Position numbers and translations under genes: made by a program. From Candidatus Nomurabacteria bacterium (lineage in GTDB: Bacteria > Patescibacteriota > Patescibacteriia > HK-STAS-PATE-3), in the NCBI GenBank assembly GCA_023898465.1, contig CP060223.1, positions 352,001 through 416,000 on the forward strand: a DNA stretch of 64,000 nt, in the 5' to 3' direction. Below the pieces are notes generated by a model that saw only the letters and a list, made by a program, of their open reading frames with translations, searched no databases and was not told the DNA's origin. Shown piece after piece: positions 18,893 through 28,564 of this stretch; positions within the stretch are counted from its first letter, which is position 1, and the number at the start of each line of letters is the position of its first letter.

Positions 18893-20321
18893 TTTGACGG
18901 CACCTCGAGTCCGATTTGCCCCTTCGCCAACTGGTGAGCTGCACCTCGGTGGATTACGGACCGCATATTATGATTGGTTACTTGCTCGCAAGTATGGCGG
19001 TACATTTGTTTTACGTATCGAGGACACGGATAGGACACGCTATGTAGAGGGAGCAGAAGAGCGCTTGTTAGCAACTCTCCAACAATTAGGCTTGCAGCCA
19101 GACGAGGGTCCGGGCCTGGGTGGTGAGTATGGACCATATCGTCAATCTGAGCGGCTAAGCATCTATCATGAGGCGATACAAGAGTTGATTGAGAAGAAGC
19201 AGGCATATTATTGTACTTGTACACCGGAGCGATTAGAAAAAATGCGTGCTGAGCAAAGCGCAAACAAGCAAGCTCCAGGCTATGATCGACATTGTCGTGA
19301 TCGTTATAATGAAAAACCAACTGAGCCGCATGTAGTACGTTTTCGCATGCCGGATAATGAAAAAATCACGGTAAATGATTTCTTACGGGGTAACTTAAAC
19401 GTTGCTACTAGCACGCTGGATGATTTTGTTATTCTCAAGGCTGACGGGTTTCCCACCTATCACAGCGCAGTGGTCATCGATGATCATGCTATGCAGATTA
19501 CGCACGTTTTGAGGGGCGAGGAATGGTTACCATCATTACCAAAGCACGTTTTGCTTTATCAGGCCTTTGGATGGGAAGCGCCGGTTTTTGTCCACCTCCC
19601 GCTCATCTTAGGTAAAGACAAGAAAAAGCTTTCGAAACGCCATGGCGCGCATTCAGTAGAAAAATTTTTGCAAGACGGTGTATTGTCTGAGCCTTTGTTA
19701 AACGCGATTGCTTTGCTGGGATGGCACGCCTCTGATGATCAAGAAAAATATACCCGCCAGGAATTATTAGCAAAGTTTTCACTAGAAGGATTGCAAAAAT
19801 CTTCAGCAGTTTTTGATCCGGAAAAATTAGCCTGGCTCAATGCGCAGTATATCAAAACAATGGATATAAAAGACTTGAGCGTGCTTGCCCGGCCTTATAT
19901 TTCTGATGTGATCGCTCCGCAATATCTTGAGCGATTAGATGAGGCGCTGCCACTCGTAATTGAACGAATTACACAGCTGAGTGAATTACCTGAGCGGCTG
20001 AGCTTTTTACAGAACGAGTTACACTATGATCAGGAAATCGTTCCCTTCAAAACACAGAGTAGGGAAGAGGCGCATGCCGCGCTTCAGCAAGATATGGATT
20101 GGCTGATGGCGTACAATGGTGAATGGGGTACGCAAGCTTTAGAAAAATTCTTCCATGAGCAAGTAGAAACTCTGGGTAAAAAAGTGGGAGAATATTTTTG
20201 GCCCTTGCGTGTCGCCTTGAGCGGCAAGAAAGCCTCACCTGGGACATTTGAGCTGCTGCATTTCTTCGGTAGGGAAGAGGCGCAAAAGCGCATTCAACAA
20301 GCATTGCAAGCGCTTCAATAA
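18885..20321 (+). CDS. gltX: Glutamyl-tRNA synthetase
   Basis: HIGH-like PSPTGELHLGG and KMSKS-like KLSKRHG, with the class I GluRS architecture. Confidence 0.9.
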   Translation: MADLTAPRVRFAPSPTGELHLGGLRTAYYDWLLARKYGGTFVLRIEDTDRTRYVEGAEERLLATLQQLGLQPDEGPGLGGEYGPYRQSERLSIYHEAIQELIEKKQAYYCTCTPERLEKMRAEQSANKQAPGYDRHCRDRYNEKPTEPHVVRFRMPDNEKITVNDFLRGNLNVATSTLDDFVILKADGFPTYHSAVVIDDHAMQITHVLRGEEWLPSLPKHVLLYQAFGWEAPVFVHLPLILGKDKKKLSKRHGAHSVEKFLQDGVLSEPLLNAIALLGWHASDDQEKYTRQELLAKFSLEGLQKSSAVFDPEKLAWLNAQYIKTMDIKDLSVLARPYISDVIAPQYLERLDEALPLVIERITQLSELPERLSFLQNELHYDQEIVPFKTQSREEAHAALQQDMDWLMAYNGEWGTQALEKFFHEQVETLGKKVGEYFWPLRVALSGKKASPGTFELLHFFGREEAQKRIQQALQALQ

Positions 20322-20332
20322 TAGTTAGTCGC

Positions 20333-20392
20333 AGGCGAGGAGTTTATCCTCGCCGAATCCAAACGCCCAAGATAAATTCTTGGGCTACGCGT
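20333..20392. repeat. Left copy of an inverted repeat pair (about 58 bp) containing two internal hairpins
   Basis: 53 of the first 55 nt are identical to the reverse complement of 22770..22824. It contains hairpins CGAGGA-gttta-TCCTCG and CCCAAGA-taaat-TCTTGGG. Begins 12 nt after the gltX stop. Confidence 0.6.
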
Positions 20393-20526
20393 GAATGAGT
20401 ATCTTCAGCAATAAATGCATTCACACAAGCGTAACAAGAGTAAGACTTGTGCGATATACAGTATGTTAACGGTTTTTTGTGAGGACTAGCCAAAAACTTT
20501 ATCTCGTGCTATAGTATATAGGCAAT

Positions 20527-21852
20527 ATGGGGGCAAAAAAGCTCAACCAAAAAGCAAAATATCTACGCATTAGTATATGCACCCTCCTGGTCGCAATAAT
20601 CGCGGCTGGCGGCTTTTTGTCATTCTCATGGCAGCAATTAGCTGGTATTGCGAAAGCTCAAGACGTTAGTATTCCAGATGAAACAACAACCGAGCTCATT
20701 AATCTCAATAGTGATATTGAAAATAAGCGCGATGAAATTAATGACTTAGAAAAGAAGAGTCAAGCCTACCAGCAAAATATTAACAAGAAACTCCAGCAAT
20801 CGCAGTCAATTGAAACGCAGCTTTCCACTTTAGAGGATCAAATCGCTCAGACGGAAACCGATCTCGAAAAAACCAATCTAGAGGTTGAGAAGTATGGATT
20901 AGAAATACAGCAAGTAGAGGGATCAATAGCCAAGCGAAATGAAGAAATAGATGCGGCAAAAGATCGAATCGGTGAGTTTATTCGAGTCATGCATCGCAAT
21001 GATAGTCGCACATATTTAGAAATTTCTTTACTACATGATAACTTCTCGAGTTATTTCATGCAGGAACGGGCGGTAAAGGATATTGAAAATGAAACCAAGA
21101 AGGCGCTTGATCAGCTGCATGTGTTAAAACAGGGTCTAGAGGATGATCTAGATACCTTAACTGACAAAAAGCGTGAACTCGATGAGGCAAAAACACGTTT
21201 GGAAAGTACTAAAGATGCGCATGCACAGGAGTTAGAATACCAACAGTTGCTTTTGACTCAGGTGCAAGGGGAGTCAGGTGAATTACAATCATTGCTTGAT
21301 GAGGTCCAACAGCAGGTTAATCAGGCCACTTCCGAAGTTTCTGTACTTGAGAATCGTTTCCGCGACCGTCTCTCTGAGGAAAATATCGATTTAGATACTT
21401 TACTGCAGGCTCAAAATGACTTTATTTGGCCAGTAAATCCAACTCGAGGCATTAGTGCTTATTTCCATGATCCTAGCTATCCTTATCGCGGCTATTTTGA
21501 GCATAACGCTATTGATGTCCCGACGCCTCAAGGCACTCAAGTTCGGGCTTCCGCCGATGGTATAGTAAGTATTGCTCGTGACACAAATTGGACCACCGAC
21601 AGCAGGGGACGACGAATTCCAGCCTATAACTATGTTTCCATCATTCACGGTGGCGGTATTTCAACGGTCTATGGCCACTTAAGTGCGGTATATGTGTCGC
21701 CAGAGCAATTTGTCCGCAAAGGAGAGGTGATAGGATTAAGTGGGGCAACGCCTGGCACGGCTGGTGCTGGACTCTTTACGACCGGACCACACTTGCACTT
21801 AGAGTTTCGACTTAACGGTATTCCAGTTAATCCTTTGAACTACTTGCCGTAG
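20527..21852 (+). CDS. EnvC-like coiled-coil protein with a C-terminal M23/LytM peptidase domain that retains catalytic residues
   Basis: Signal/TM sequence. About 270 aa are heptad-rich and predicted coiled coil. The M23 motifs HNAIDV…D…YGH…GPHLHLEF are present. Confidence 0.8.
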   Translation: MGAKKLNQKAKYLRISICTLLVAIIAAGGFLSFSWQQLAGIAKAQDVSIPDETTTELINLNSDIENKRDEINDLEKKSQAYQQNINKKLQQSQSIETQLSTLEDQIAQTETDLEKTNLEVEKYGLEIQQVEGSIAKRNEEIDAAKDRIGEFIRVMHRNDSRTYLEISLLHDNFSSYFMQERAVKDIENETKKALDQLHVLKQGLEDDLDTLTDKKRELDEAKTRLESTKDAHAQELEYQQLLLTQVQGESGELQSLLDEVQQQVNQATSEVSVLENRFRDRLSEENIDLDTLLQAQNDFIWPVNPTRGISAYFHDPSYPYRGYFEHNAIDVPTPQGTQVRASADGIVSIARDTNWTTDSRGRRIPAYNYVSIIHGGGISTVYGHLSAVYVSPEQFVRKGEVIGLSGATPGTAGAGLFTTGPHLHLEFRLNGIPVNPLNYLP

Positions 21853-21882
21853 CATTCTTGTGTGAATGTTGTCGAATTGCCG

Positions 21883-21908
21883 CAGGCCTTTACCGGGCCT
21901 GTTTTGTT
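21883..21908 (+). terminator. Rho-independent terminator after the M23 peptidase gene
   Basis: CAGGCC-tttaccg-GGCCTG followed by TTTTGTT. Confidence 0.55.
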
Positions 21909-22014
21909 AGGTACTATGTTCATACTGCAACATAGGGAGAGGAGGGCTTCCCATTGTTGGCGTAAGCTACTCCTGCATATTGACAAAGGACTGTAGAGCA
22001 TTGGAGGGTTAACC

Positions 22015-22668
22015 ATGCGTTGGAAGAGCATGTCTTACCTGGCCTTCTTGATGGCCTTCATCGTCAGTCTCGGTACGTGGACGGGCGCTCAGGCAGCTGA
22101 GGAAGAGGTCTGTGATCCTCAGCCGGTGATCATGTGCACTTCGGCCTACTATGACTTCATGAGGCTCCTCACGGACGGTAACTGCTCGACTGTGGTGACC
22201 GAAGGGGAGAGCTCCTGGACCTTCAATTCGTGGCCACTGCTGTACTGCACGCAAGTGCCGGCAACGCTCAACTACGATGACTACTTCAGCACCGTGTCGA
22301 GTACGATCGAGCTGCGCGACGAGCATCCTTCGTTGAGCTTGATGAGTGACGGCGAGTGCTTCGAGGTCTACGCGGCGTGTCAGGGAGGTGCCTACGGCGT
22401 CACGGTGATGTATACGCACGCTGATGGATCGATGAGCTACGTCGGACAGCCGGGTGATTGCCCAGTCCAGATCAGTGGCGCCATTGCACTCAAGTTCGAC
22501 GGCGAGGCGCGCGAGCTCTACGTCGACGAGGGTTTTCGGACTCAAGTCTATCGAGTCGATGACCCACTTGGCTCACAGCACGCTCGAACCCTTCTACCGG
22601 ACCAGGCCGATACCCAAAGCGATAGGGTAGCGACCGACCAGTTCGCTGAAGTGGTATCCACGCGCTAG
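22015..22668 (+). CDS. Small secreted cysteine-rich protein encoded by a compositionally foreign (about 60% GC) gene
   Basis: RBS GGAGG 7 nt upstream of the ATG. Signal peptide MRWKSMSYLAFLMAFIVSLGTWTGAQA. Eight Cys in the mature part. Third codon positions are strongly G/C-biased, and spot GC is about 60% against about 43% background. No recognisable family. Confidence 0.55.
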   Translation: MRWKSMSYLAFLMAFIVSLGTWTGAQAAEEEVCDPQPVIMCTSAYYDFMRLLTDGNCSTVVTEGESSWTFNSWPLLYCTQVPATLNYDDYFSTVSSTIELRDEHPSLSLMSDGECFEVYAACQGGAYGVTVMYTHADGSMSYVGQPGDCPVQISGAIALKFDGEARELYVDEGFRTQVYRVDDPLGSQHARTLLPDQADTQSDRVATDQFAEVVSTR

Positions 22669-22673
22669 TTCCC

Positions 22674-22731
22674 AGCTCGGAGCAAGTTACTTACTTAGGT
22701 GAGTAGCAGCTCCGAGCTTTCTTTCTTTAAA
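22674..22731 (+). terminator. Hairpin plus T-rich tract after the GC-rich gene
   Basis: Perfect 10-bp stem AGCTCGGAGC…GCTCCGAGCT with a 25-nt loop, followed by TTTCTTTCTTTAAA. Confidence 0.4.
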
Positions 22732-22766
22732 GAAGCTATTACAAGCGAGAAGTATAATGCATCTAC

Positions 22767-22824
22767 GCTACCCAAGAATTTATCTTGGGCGTTTAGATTC
22801 GGCGAGGATAAATTCCTCGCCTGC
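22767..22824. repeat. Right copy of the inverted repeat pair
   Basis: It is the reverse complement of 20333..20392 with two substitutions and a small terminal indel. Lies 158 nt beyond the ftsQ stop. Confidence 0.6.
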
Positions 22825-22981
22825 TCTTAGAGGGGAGCATAACCTGTGTAACTAATATAGTGTCGCACAATATATCTTCTACGTCGCTATAACCATATAA
22901 TGCAATAAAAGGCCTATTCCTAGCATCTAGGCAGATAGTGCGAAATTAGCCTCTATTTTGCTCTCTACGGCGTCTTTTACC

Positions 22982-24022
22982 CTATTTTAGGTATACACGC
23001 TCTCCAAATCTCACATCAATATATCGTAAGCTTTCTGGATGTACGCTCGGGTCTTGCAAAGTTCGCTGTAGTTTATTGATCTGCGCTTCAATATCATCTT
23101 TGAGGACATATACTTGCCAGCCAGCTTCGGTGACGATATGAAATTCAGGTGTAAAATATAGCAGCTGTTGTATATCACATGTAGACTCAGGCAGATCCTC
23201 GCTTTCATTTGTATTCGCAGCTAGATTTGTATTCGTTGTTTTATTTGTGTTACTTATGACATCTGAGTCATCCTCTACAGGTATATTTGCCTCAGAAGGA
23301 GTATTCACGCAATCAAGTTGAGGTATAAGTACTTTTTGCATAGAAAAGTCACTCGGAAAGCTATCAGTAAATTTTTGTATCCCGTGTAAGATGTTTGCAT
23401 CTATTTTTTGACTCCCCACATCAACACTCAACTCATTCTCATCTTCAATACGCAATAAGTTAAGCTCCTCATCATTATTTTGTATTTCTGAAATGATAAA
23501 GCCATTTTCATCCATGAAATATTTTTTTTCGCGTGACTGCCAAATATATTTTGCTGATTTTGCTTGGATGCTGATAGTGAGTGTATTTGGGAAGTCTTTT
23601 TGGATGGAGATATTTTCTACTCCTAAGATGTTGGCTATCGCCTGTTCAAGATGGTCGCCAAACCATAAGGGTCGTAAAATAAAATAGTTTTGGTTGGGTA
23701 TGACAAGTAGTGTTCGTTTACTTAACAACACATCTACTTGCGTGGCAATTTGCTGCTCCAATTGAGTAGTGCTATCGATGAGCTCGATGTGTATTGATGA
23801 GATGCGGAACATTGGCGAGTTCATAATAACGTACCAGAGCAACCCAAATACAAGCACTTGGAGAATAAGAAGTGTGCGGTTCCGCCAACGAGATTGGAGA
23901 CGGGTTTGTTCGCTTGGAAAAAGTGGATTACTACGATGCGAATAATGCACCTCGCTCGTAGCAGGCTTCGGGAGTGTTCGTCGTTTCCGACGTGAAAATA
24001 TACGAGAAAGGAATCGCCGCAT
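22982..24022 (-). CDS. FtsQ/DivIB-like cell-division protein
   Basis: Basic N-terminal tail, one TM helix, then a POTRA-like region (ISSIHIELIDSTTQLEQQIATQV…). The C-terminal domain is Asn/Thr-rich. It is the last gene of the greA-lysS-serS-alr operon. Confidence 0.55.
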   Translation of the reverse strand: MRRFLSRIFSRRKRRTLPKPATSEVHYSHRSNPLFPSEQTRLQSRWRNRTLLILQVLVFGLLWYVIMNSPMFRISSIHIELIDSTTQLEQQIATQVDVLLSKRTLLVIPNQNYFILRPLWFGDHLEQAIANILGVENISIQKDFPNTLTISIQAKSAKYIWQSREKKYFMDENGFIISEIQNNDEELNLLRIEDENELSVDVGSQKIDANILHGIQKFTDSFPSDFSMQKVLIPQLDCVNTPSEANIPVEDDSDVISNTNKTTNTNLAANTNESEDLPESTCDIQQLLYFTPEFHIVTEAGWQVYVLKDDIEAQINKLQRTLQDPSVHPESLRYIDVRFGERVYLK

Positions 24023-24032
24023 AACTTCCCTA

Positions 24033-25154
24033 TTATTTCACAATGTGTCGCGGGAGCAAAGGATGGATGTGGGTAATTACTTCATAGTTAATAGTGCCCA
24101 TATCTTTGGCAATATCCTGTGCGCTTAGTTCCTCTCTCCCCTGCCGGCCGATAATAACCACTTCGTCTCCAGCTTTTGCTTGAGGAATTAGTTCACAATT
24201 TACCACACTGAGATTCATGGATAGGCGGCCTAAAAACTTTGCTACTTTCCCTCGCAGCAGTACCTGACCATTATTAGAGAGTGATCGTTGCAGGCCCTCA
24301 AAATACCCGATAGGAAGTACAGCCACTCGCATTTTTTTCTTCACTCGATAGGTGCGATCATATCCGATTGTCGTGCTAGGCGGCAGTGTTTTAATTGCGA
24401 GCACTCGAGTTTTCCAACTTAGCACTGGACGAAGTTTGAGGTCTTGTATTTTTTTTAGCTCCGGGGCTGGCCACAAACCATACATGCCTAAACCTACTCG
24501 CAGCATGTCATAGCGCATCTTAGGATACTTCAGTACCGCGGCGGTGCAGCTAATATGACGAATAGCTTTTTTATCAAGTACTACCTGTAACTCTTCAACA
24601 CATTCCTGGAAACGCTTGTTTTGCTGAAGTGTAAAAGACTTGTTATTACTTTCTGATTGCGCAAAATGAGAAAACACGCCATTCATTTTTAGCGCTGGTT
24701 TTGCTAGCAGTAGTTTTTTTAGTTTTGCGAGCTCGTTTGGCAGGAAGCCGATCCGGCTCGTGCCAACATCAAGCTTAAGATGAAGAGAGAGGCGTTTTTG
24801 TAAGCTTGTAGGTAGGGCGCGTATCTCTTGGAGTTGGGCAAACGAGTGCAATACAAGGGAGATATTATTTTGCACCGCAGCACTCGCGCTCTGAGTATCC
24901 CAGTAGCTTAAAACAACAATTGGTTTGCGTATGCCCAGAGCTCGTAACTCTAGCGCTTCGTCAAGATTCGCCGTACCAAATACGTCCACGTTGTTTTGAA
25001 GTATCTTTACTACCTCAGGTGTTCCTAGTCCGTAGGCGTTTGATTTTACCACTGCCATAAGCTTCGCATTTCCGCTGATACGTCGAAAAGCCTTGGCATT
25101 ATGTACAAGCGCCGATTTACTCAGCTCAATCCAAGTAAATTCTGTTTTAGGCAC
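24033..25154 (-). CDS. alr: Alanine racemase
   Basis: The PLP-lysine motif AVVKSNAYGLG and a TIM-barrel plus C-terminal beta domain. Confidence 0.85.
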   Translation of the reverse strand: MPKTEFTWIELSKSALVHNAKAFRRISGNAKLMAVVKSNAYGLGTPEVVKILQNNVDVFGTANLDEALELRALGIRKPIVVLSYWDTQSASAAVQNNISLVLHSFAQLQEIRALPTSLQKRLSLHLKLDVGTSRIGFLPNELAKLKKLLLAKPALKMNGVFSHFAQSESNNKSFTLQQNKRFQECVEELQVVLDKKAIRHISCTAAVLKYPKMRYDMLRVGLGMYGLWPAPELKKIQDLKLRPVLSWKTRVLAIKTLPPSTTIGYDRTYRVKKKMRVAVLPIGYFEGLQRSLSNNGQVLLRGKVAKFLGRLSMNLSVVNCELIPQAKAGDEVVIIGRQGREELSAQDIAKDMGTINYEVITHIHPLLPRHIVK

Positions 25155-26442
25155 GGGGGCGAAGTTCTTTTAGGCCAACAATTTTCTGCAGAGCCTTAGG
25201 TATCTTTACGCTGCCGTCTTTCTGCTGATGATTTTCCAGGAGTGCAATCAGGATGCGCGGTGAAGCGATGACAGTATTGTTTAGTGTGTACACAAATTGT
25301 CGCTCGCTCCCCTCTCCTTCGCCTTTCGTTTTGATGTTTAATCGGCGGGCTTGCCAGTCGCTGAGGTTTGAGCTGGAGTGCGTTTCTCCATACCCTTGTC
25401 GGCCCGGCATCCATGTTTCAATATCAACCATGCGGCGTTTACCAGCCCCCATATCCCCCGTCGAAGTTTCAATGAGTTGATATGGTAAGTCGAGATGCTC
25501 TAACATTTTTTGAGAAATATCCAGCATGGTAGTAAACCATTTTTCTGCTTCAGCAGCCTCAGGTTTACATAGCACGACTTGCTCAACTTTTACGAATTCT
25601 CTCACACGATAAAGTCCCTTTGTGTCTTTACCATAGCTGCCAATTTCTTCGCGATAACATTGACTAATACCGCAGAGGAGTTTTGGCAATTGCACTTCTG
25701 GAATAGTTTCATTTGCGTAGTACGAAAGTAGTGCAGGCTCAGAAGTGCCGGCTAAATATAGCGCCTCGCGATCATCCGCTGGAGTTTCACTGCCTGGACT
25801 TTGTAGTGAAAAGATTTCATTTTTCCCAAAAGGAAAATGACCACTTCCGTAAAGCGCAAAACCCTTAATAGCAGTTGGAGGTGTCATTAAGGTAAAGCCA
25901 GCTTTTTGCATTTCCTGCAAGCCCAGTAAAAGAATTGCCTGTTGTAAAAGCACAGCTTCGTTTTTTAAATAGTATCCACGGAAGCCGGCTACTTGAGCGC
26001 CTTTCTCTAGATCGAGAATATCCAGAGCAAGGCCGAGGCTAATATGATCCTTTGCTTCAAAGGAAAATGTCTTTGGTGTGCCGACTTGCTTGATCACCTT
26101 ATTGCTACTTGCGTCGGGGCCAATCGGAGCTCCTTCCCAAGGTATGTTTGGCATGCGCCAAAGCATTTCATCACGCTCGAGAGTTAACTCTTTTAATTTT
26201 GCTTCCAAGTCCTGCAGCCTTTGCTTAAGCTCCTTTGCCTGAGTGATCTGGGCAGGATCAGATTGTTTGCCTTGCTTAGCCAGTGCATTTCTCTCTGCTC
26301 GTACAGTTTCTGTTTCGCTGAGCAGTGCGCGATACTCTTTGTCGACTTGAAGAAAGCGATCAAAGTCAATTGATACCCCCTTGTTTTTTATGGCCTCGCG
26401 TACAATGTCCTGATTAGCCAAAATGAAAGAAGTATCAAGCAT
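25147..26442 (-). CDS. serS: Seryl-tRNA synthetase
   Basis: N-terminal coiled-coil arm and class II motifs (…FRGYYL…, GSGHFPF). Confidence 0.9.
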   Translation of the reverse strand: MLDTSFILANQDIVREAIKNKGVSIDFDRFLQVDKEYRALLSETETVRAERNALAKQGKQSDPAQITQAKELKQRLQDLEAKLKELTLERDEMLWRMPNIPWEGAPIGPDASSNKVIKQVGTPKTFSFEAKDHISLGLALDILDLEKGAQVAGFRGYYLKNEAVLLQQAILLLGLQEMQKAGFTLMTPPTAIKGFALYGSGHFPFGKNEIFSLQSPGSETPADDREALYLAGTSEPALLSYYANETIPEVQLPKLLCGISQCYREEIGSYGKDTKGLYRVREFVKVEQVVLCKPEAAEAEKWFTTMLDISQKMLEHLDLPYQLIETSTGDMGAGKRRMVDIETWMPGRQGYGETHSSSNLSDWQARRLNIKTKGEGEGSERQFVYTLNNTVIASPRILIALLENHQQKDGSVKIPKALQKIVGLKELRPRA

Positions 26443-27943
26443 GATCGTTGCTCCGTAAGCTTGGAAAAAGTATACATTCTCGCAGACTGTTTGCGTTGGT
26501 AAGTATGGCAGTTAATCGATCAATACCAATGCCGATACCAGCGGCTGGTGGCATGCCATACATAAGCGCCTGCACATATTCCTCATCATGTGGTTGTGCC
26601 TCATCATCCCCTGCTTCACGCATGCGCTGTTGCTCAAGGAATCGGTCGCGCTGATCAATTGGATCATTTAACTCGCTGAATCCATTTGCTAACTCAGTTG
26701 AGGCAACTACCAATTGGAAACGTTCAACATAGCGCTTATCATCCGGCTTTGCTTTTGCGAGCGGAGAAAGCTCAATTGGATGATCAATGATAAAGATGGG
26801 ATTGATGCATTCAGGACGAACGAATTTCTTAAAAATGCTATCAATTATTTTTCCTCGTCCATCTGACGCTGCTACCTCGACGCCGCGGCGTTCAGCTTCA
26901 TGGGCTAAGGCATCCCGCTCTGGGAAGCGCTCAATATCCAGCTTAGCGTATTTGCGCACTGCATCACGGAAAGTCATTTGAGGGATTTCTTTTGGCCAAG
27001 TAATATGCTTATCGCCAAAAGCAAGCGTGTCACCCAGTTCAGTTGCTTTCAAAATGTTTGTGAAGAGCTCCTGGGTCATCTTCATTAAGGCTTGGTAATC
27101 CGCGTAGGCTATATAAAATTCCACCTGAGTAAATTCAGGGCTGTGGTCACGATCAATTCCCTCATTACGGAAGCAGCGACCGATTTCGTATACTCGCTCA
27201 TAGCCACCGACCAGCAGACGTTTTAAATAAAGCTCAGGCGCAATGCGTAAGAACAGATCCTGATTAAGTGTATCGTGATGAGTAATAAAAGGCTTAGCGC
27301 TGGCTCCTCCAGCCTGTCCTTGGAGAATTGGTGTTTCTACCTCTAGGAATTGTTGACCATCCAAAAAGCTTCGAATCGCGCTTATAATTTTTGCCCGCGT
27401 GCGAAATCTATTTTGAACCTCGGGGTTAGTTAAGAGATCAAGCTCTCGATGCCGAAGTCTTGTTTCAGCTTCACTTAAACCTTTGCGCTTATCAGGCAGT
27501 GGGTAAAGACTCTTACTCAGTATCTGATATTCCTCAACCTGAATAGTTTTTTCTCCTCGTCGCGTAGTACCCAGAGTGCCAGTCAGGCTGACAAAATCAC
27601 CCAGGTCTACCAGGCTGGTCCACTTTTCAAAAGCGTCATCCCCCACCTTATCTTTTGCGAGCGAGAGTTGTATTTTTCCACTCTCATCTTCAATATCACC
27701 AAAGCAGAGCGTGCCATGCAGTCTAATAGCTCGCAGTCGTCCATAAAGTGTTACTTTTGTTTCCGCGGTAACAAGTGCATCAAAATCAGAAAGTAGCTCT
27801 CCTACTCTATGCGTTCTGGAATTTTGTGCTCGAGCTGGATACGCGAAAAGCCCTTGGCTCTCCAGAGTGGCCCGTTTTTCCTTCCTGAAACGATGCTGGT
27901 CAAGTTCTTGTGTTGGCATACCAAATCGCCTGGAGTGTATCAC
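26435..27943 (-). CDS. lysS: Lysyl-tRNA synthetase, class II
   Basis: OB-fold anticodon-binding N-domain and class II core (…FRNEGID…, GIGIDR). Confidence 0.9.
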   Translation of the reverse strand: MIHSRRFGMPTQELDQHRFRKEKRATLESQGLFAYPARAQNSRTHRVGELLSDFDALVTAETKVTLYGRLRAIRLHGTLCFGDIEDESGKIQLSLAKDKVGDDAFEKWTSLVDLGDFVSLTGTLGTTRRGEKTIQVEEYQILSKSLYPLPDKRKGLSEAETRLRHRELDLLTNPEVQNRFRTRAKIISAIRSFLDGQQFLEVETPILQGQAGGASAKPFITHHDTLNQDLFLRIAPELYLKRLLVGGYERVYEIGRCFRNEGIDRDHSPEFTQVEFYIAYADYQALMKMTQELFTNILKATELGDTLAFGDKHITWPKEIPQMTFRDAVRKYAKLDIERFPERDALAHEAERRGVEVAASDGRGKIIDSIFKKFVRPECINPIFIIDHPIELSPLAKAKPDDKRYVERFQLVVASTELANGFSELNDPIDQRDRFLEQQRMREAGDDEAQPHDEEYVQALMYGMPPAAGIGIGIDRLTAILTNANSLRECILFPSLRSNDHA

Positions 27944-27977
27944 GCCAGGCAGTGCTTCGGCAATGGTGAGCGTGATA

Positions 27978-28442
27978 TTATTCGATTTCCAGAATAGTAA
28001 CCTCGGTAGTGCCCTTTGGTACTACAATAGTTACCTTATCCTTAGTCTTGCGGCCTAGGAAAGCCTGACCAAGAGGAGATTCATGGGAAATTTTACCCTC
28101 AACTGGATCAGCCTCATTTGAGCCCACAATCGTGTAGATGTGCTTGTTGCCATCTGAATGCTGCACAGTGATAGTTGAGCCAATTGAAACGATGTCCCCG
28201 CCTTTGGTTTGAGCGATGACCTTTGCTTGTTTGAGAATCATTTCAAGTTCATTGATGCGACCCTCAATAAAAGCCTGTTCGTTTTTAGCCTCGGTATATT
28301 CTGCGTTCTCTGATAAATCACCAAGCTCTTTTGCTTCTTGGATGCGATTTGCCACCTCTTTGCGGCGAACATTTTTCAGCTGCTCAAGTTCATCCTGGAT
28401 TTTTTTTAATCCTGTAGGAGTGAGGAATTTTTCTTGTGTCAT
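27978..28442 (-). CDS. greA: Transcription elongation factor GreA
   Basis: N-terminal coiled coil with acidic tip and a C-terminal FKBP-like domain, with characteristic length. Confidence 0.9.
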   Translation of the reverse strand: MTQEKFLTPTGLKKIQDELEQLKNVRRKEVANRIQEAKELGDLSENAEYTEAKNEQAFIEGRINELEMILKQAKVIAQTKGGDIVSIGSTITVQHSDGNKHIYTIVGSNEADPVEGKISHESPLGQAFLGRKTKDKVTIVVPKGTTEVTILEIE

Positions 28443-28531
28443 ATACTATCTTACGGGAAAAAGTCGAAACAGAAGTTCGGATTGCGGCGATGCCAAAGGC
28501 ATGAAGCCATCCGTTTTAATTGACTGCGGAT

Positions 28532-28560
28532 ATACTACTTGAACACTCCTGCTATGTCAA
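28532..28560 (-). promoter_or_regulatory. Sigma70-type promoter for the greA-lysS-serS-alr-ftsQ operon (TTGACA-17-TAGTAT on the minus strand)
   Basis: Reverse-complement reading gives TTGACAtagcaggagtgttcaagTAGTAT, with a 17-nt spacer and TAGTAT as the -10. This is about 90 nt upstream of the greA start. Confidence 0.45.
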
Positions 28561-28564
28561 TAGT

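Noticed and set aside
20333-20392. Inverted-repeat copy acting simply as the gltX intrinsic terminator
   Set aside because: Its two hairpins are not followed by T-tracts. The second copy lies 158 nt beyond the ftsQ stop rather than abutting it. An intrinsic-terminator role is therefore not supported. It is kept as a repeat-element hypothesis.
22009-22545. 178-aa minus-strand ORF antisense to the GC-rich gene
   Set aside because: High GC suppresses stop codons in all frames. The plus-strand frame has the RBS, a signal peptide and a strong GC3 bias. The antisense ORF has none of these, and its product is Arg/His-rich low complexity.
20333-22824. Autonomous IS element or integron
   Set aside because: No transposase, integrase, attC-like sites or recombinase is encoded between or near the repeats. 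Only a non-autonomous cassette is plausible.
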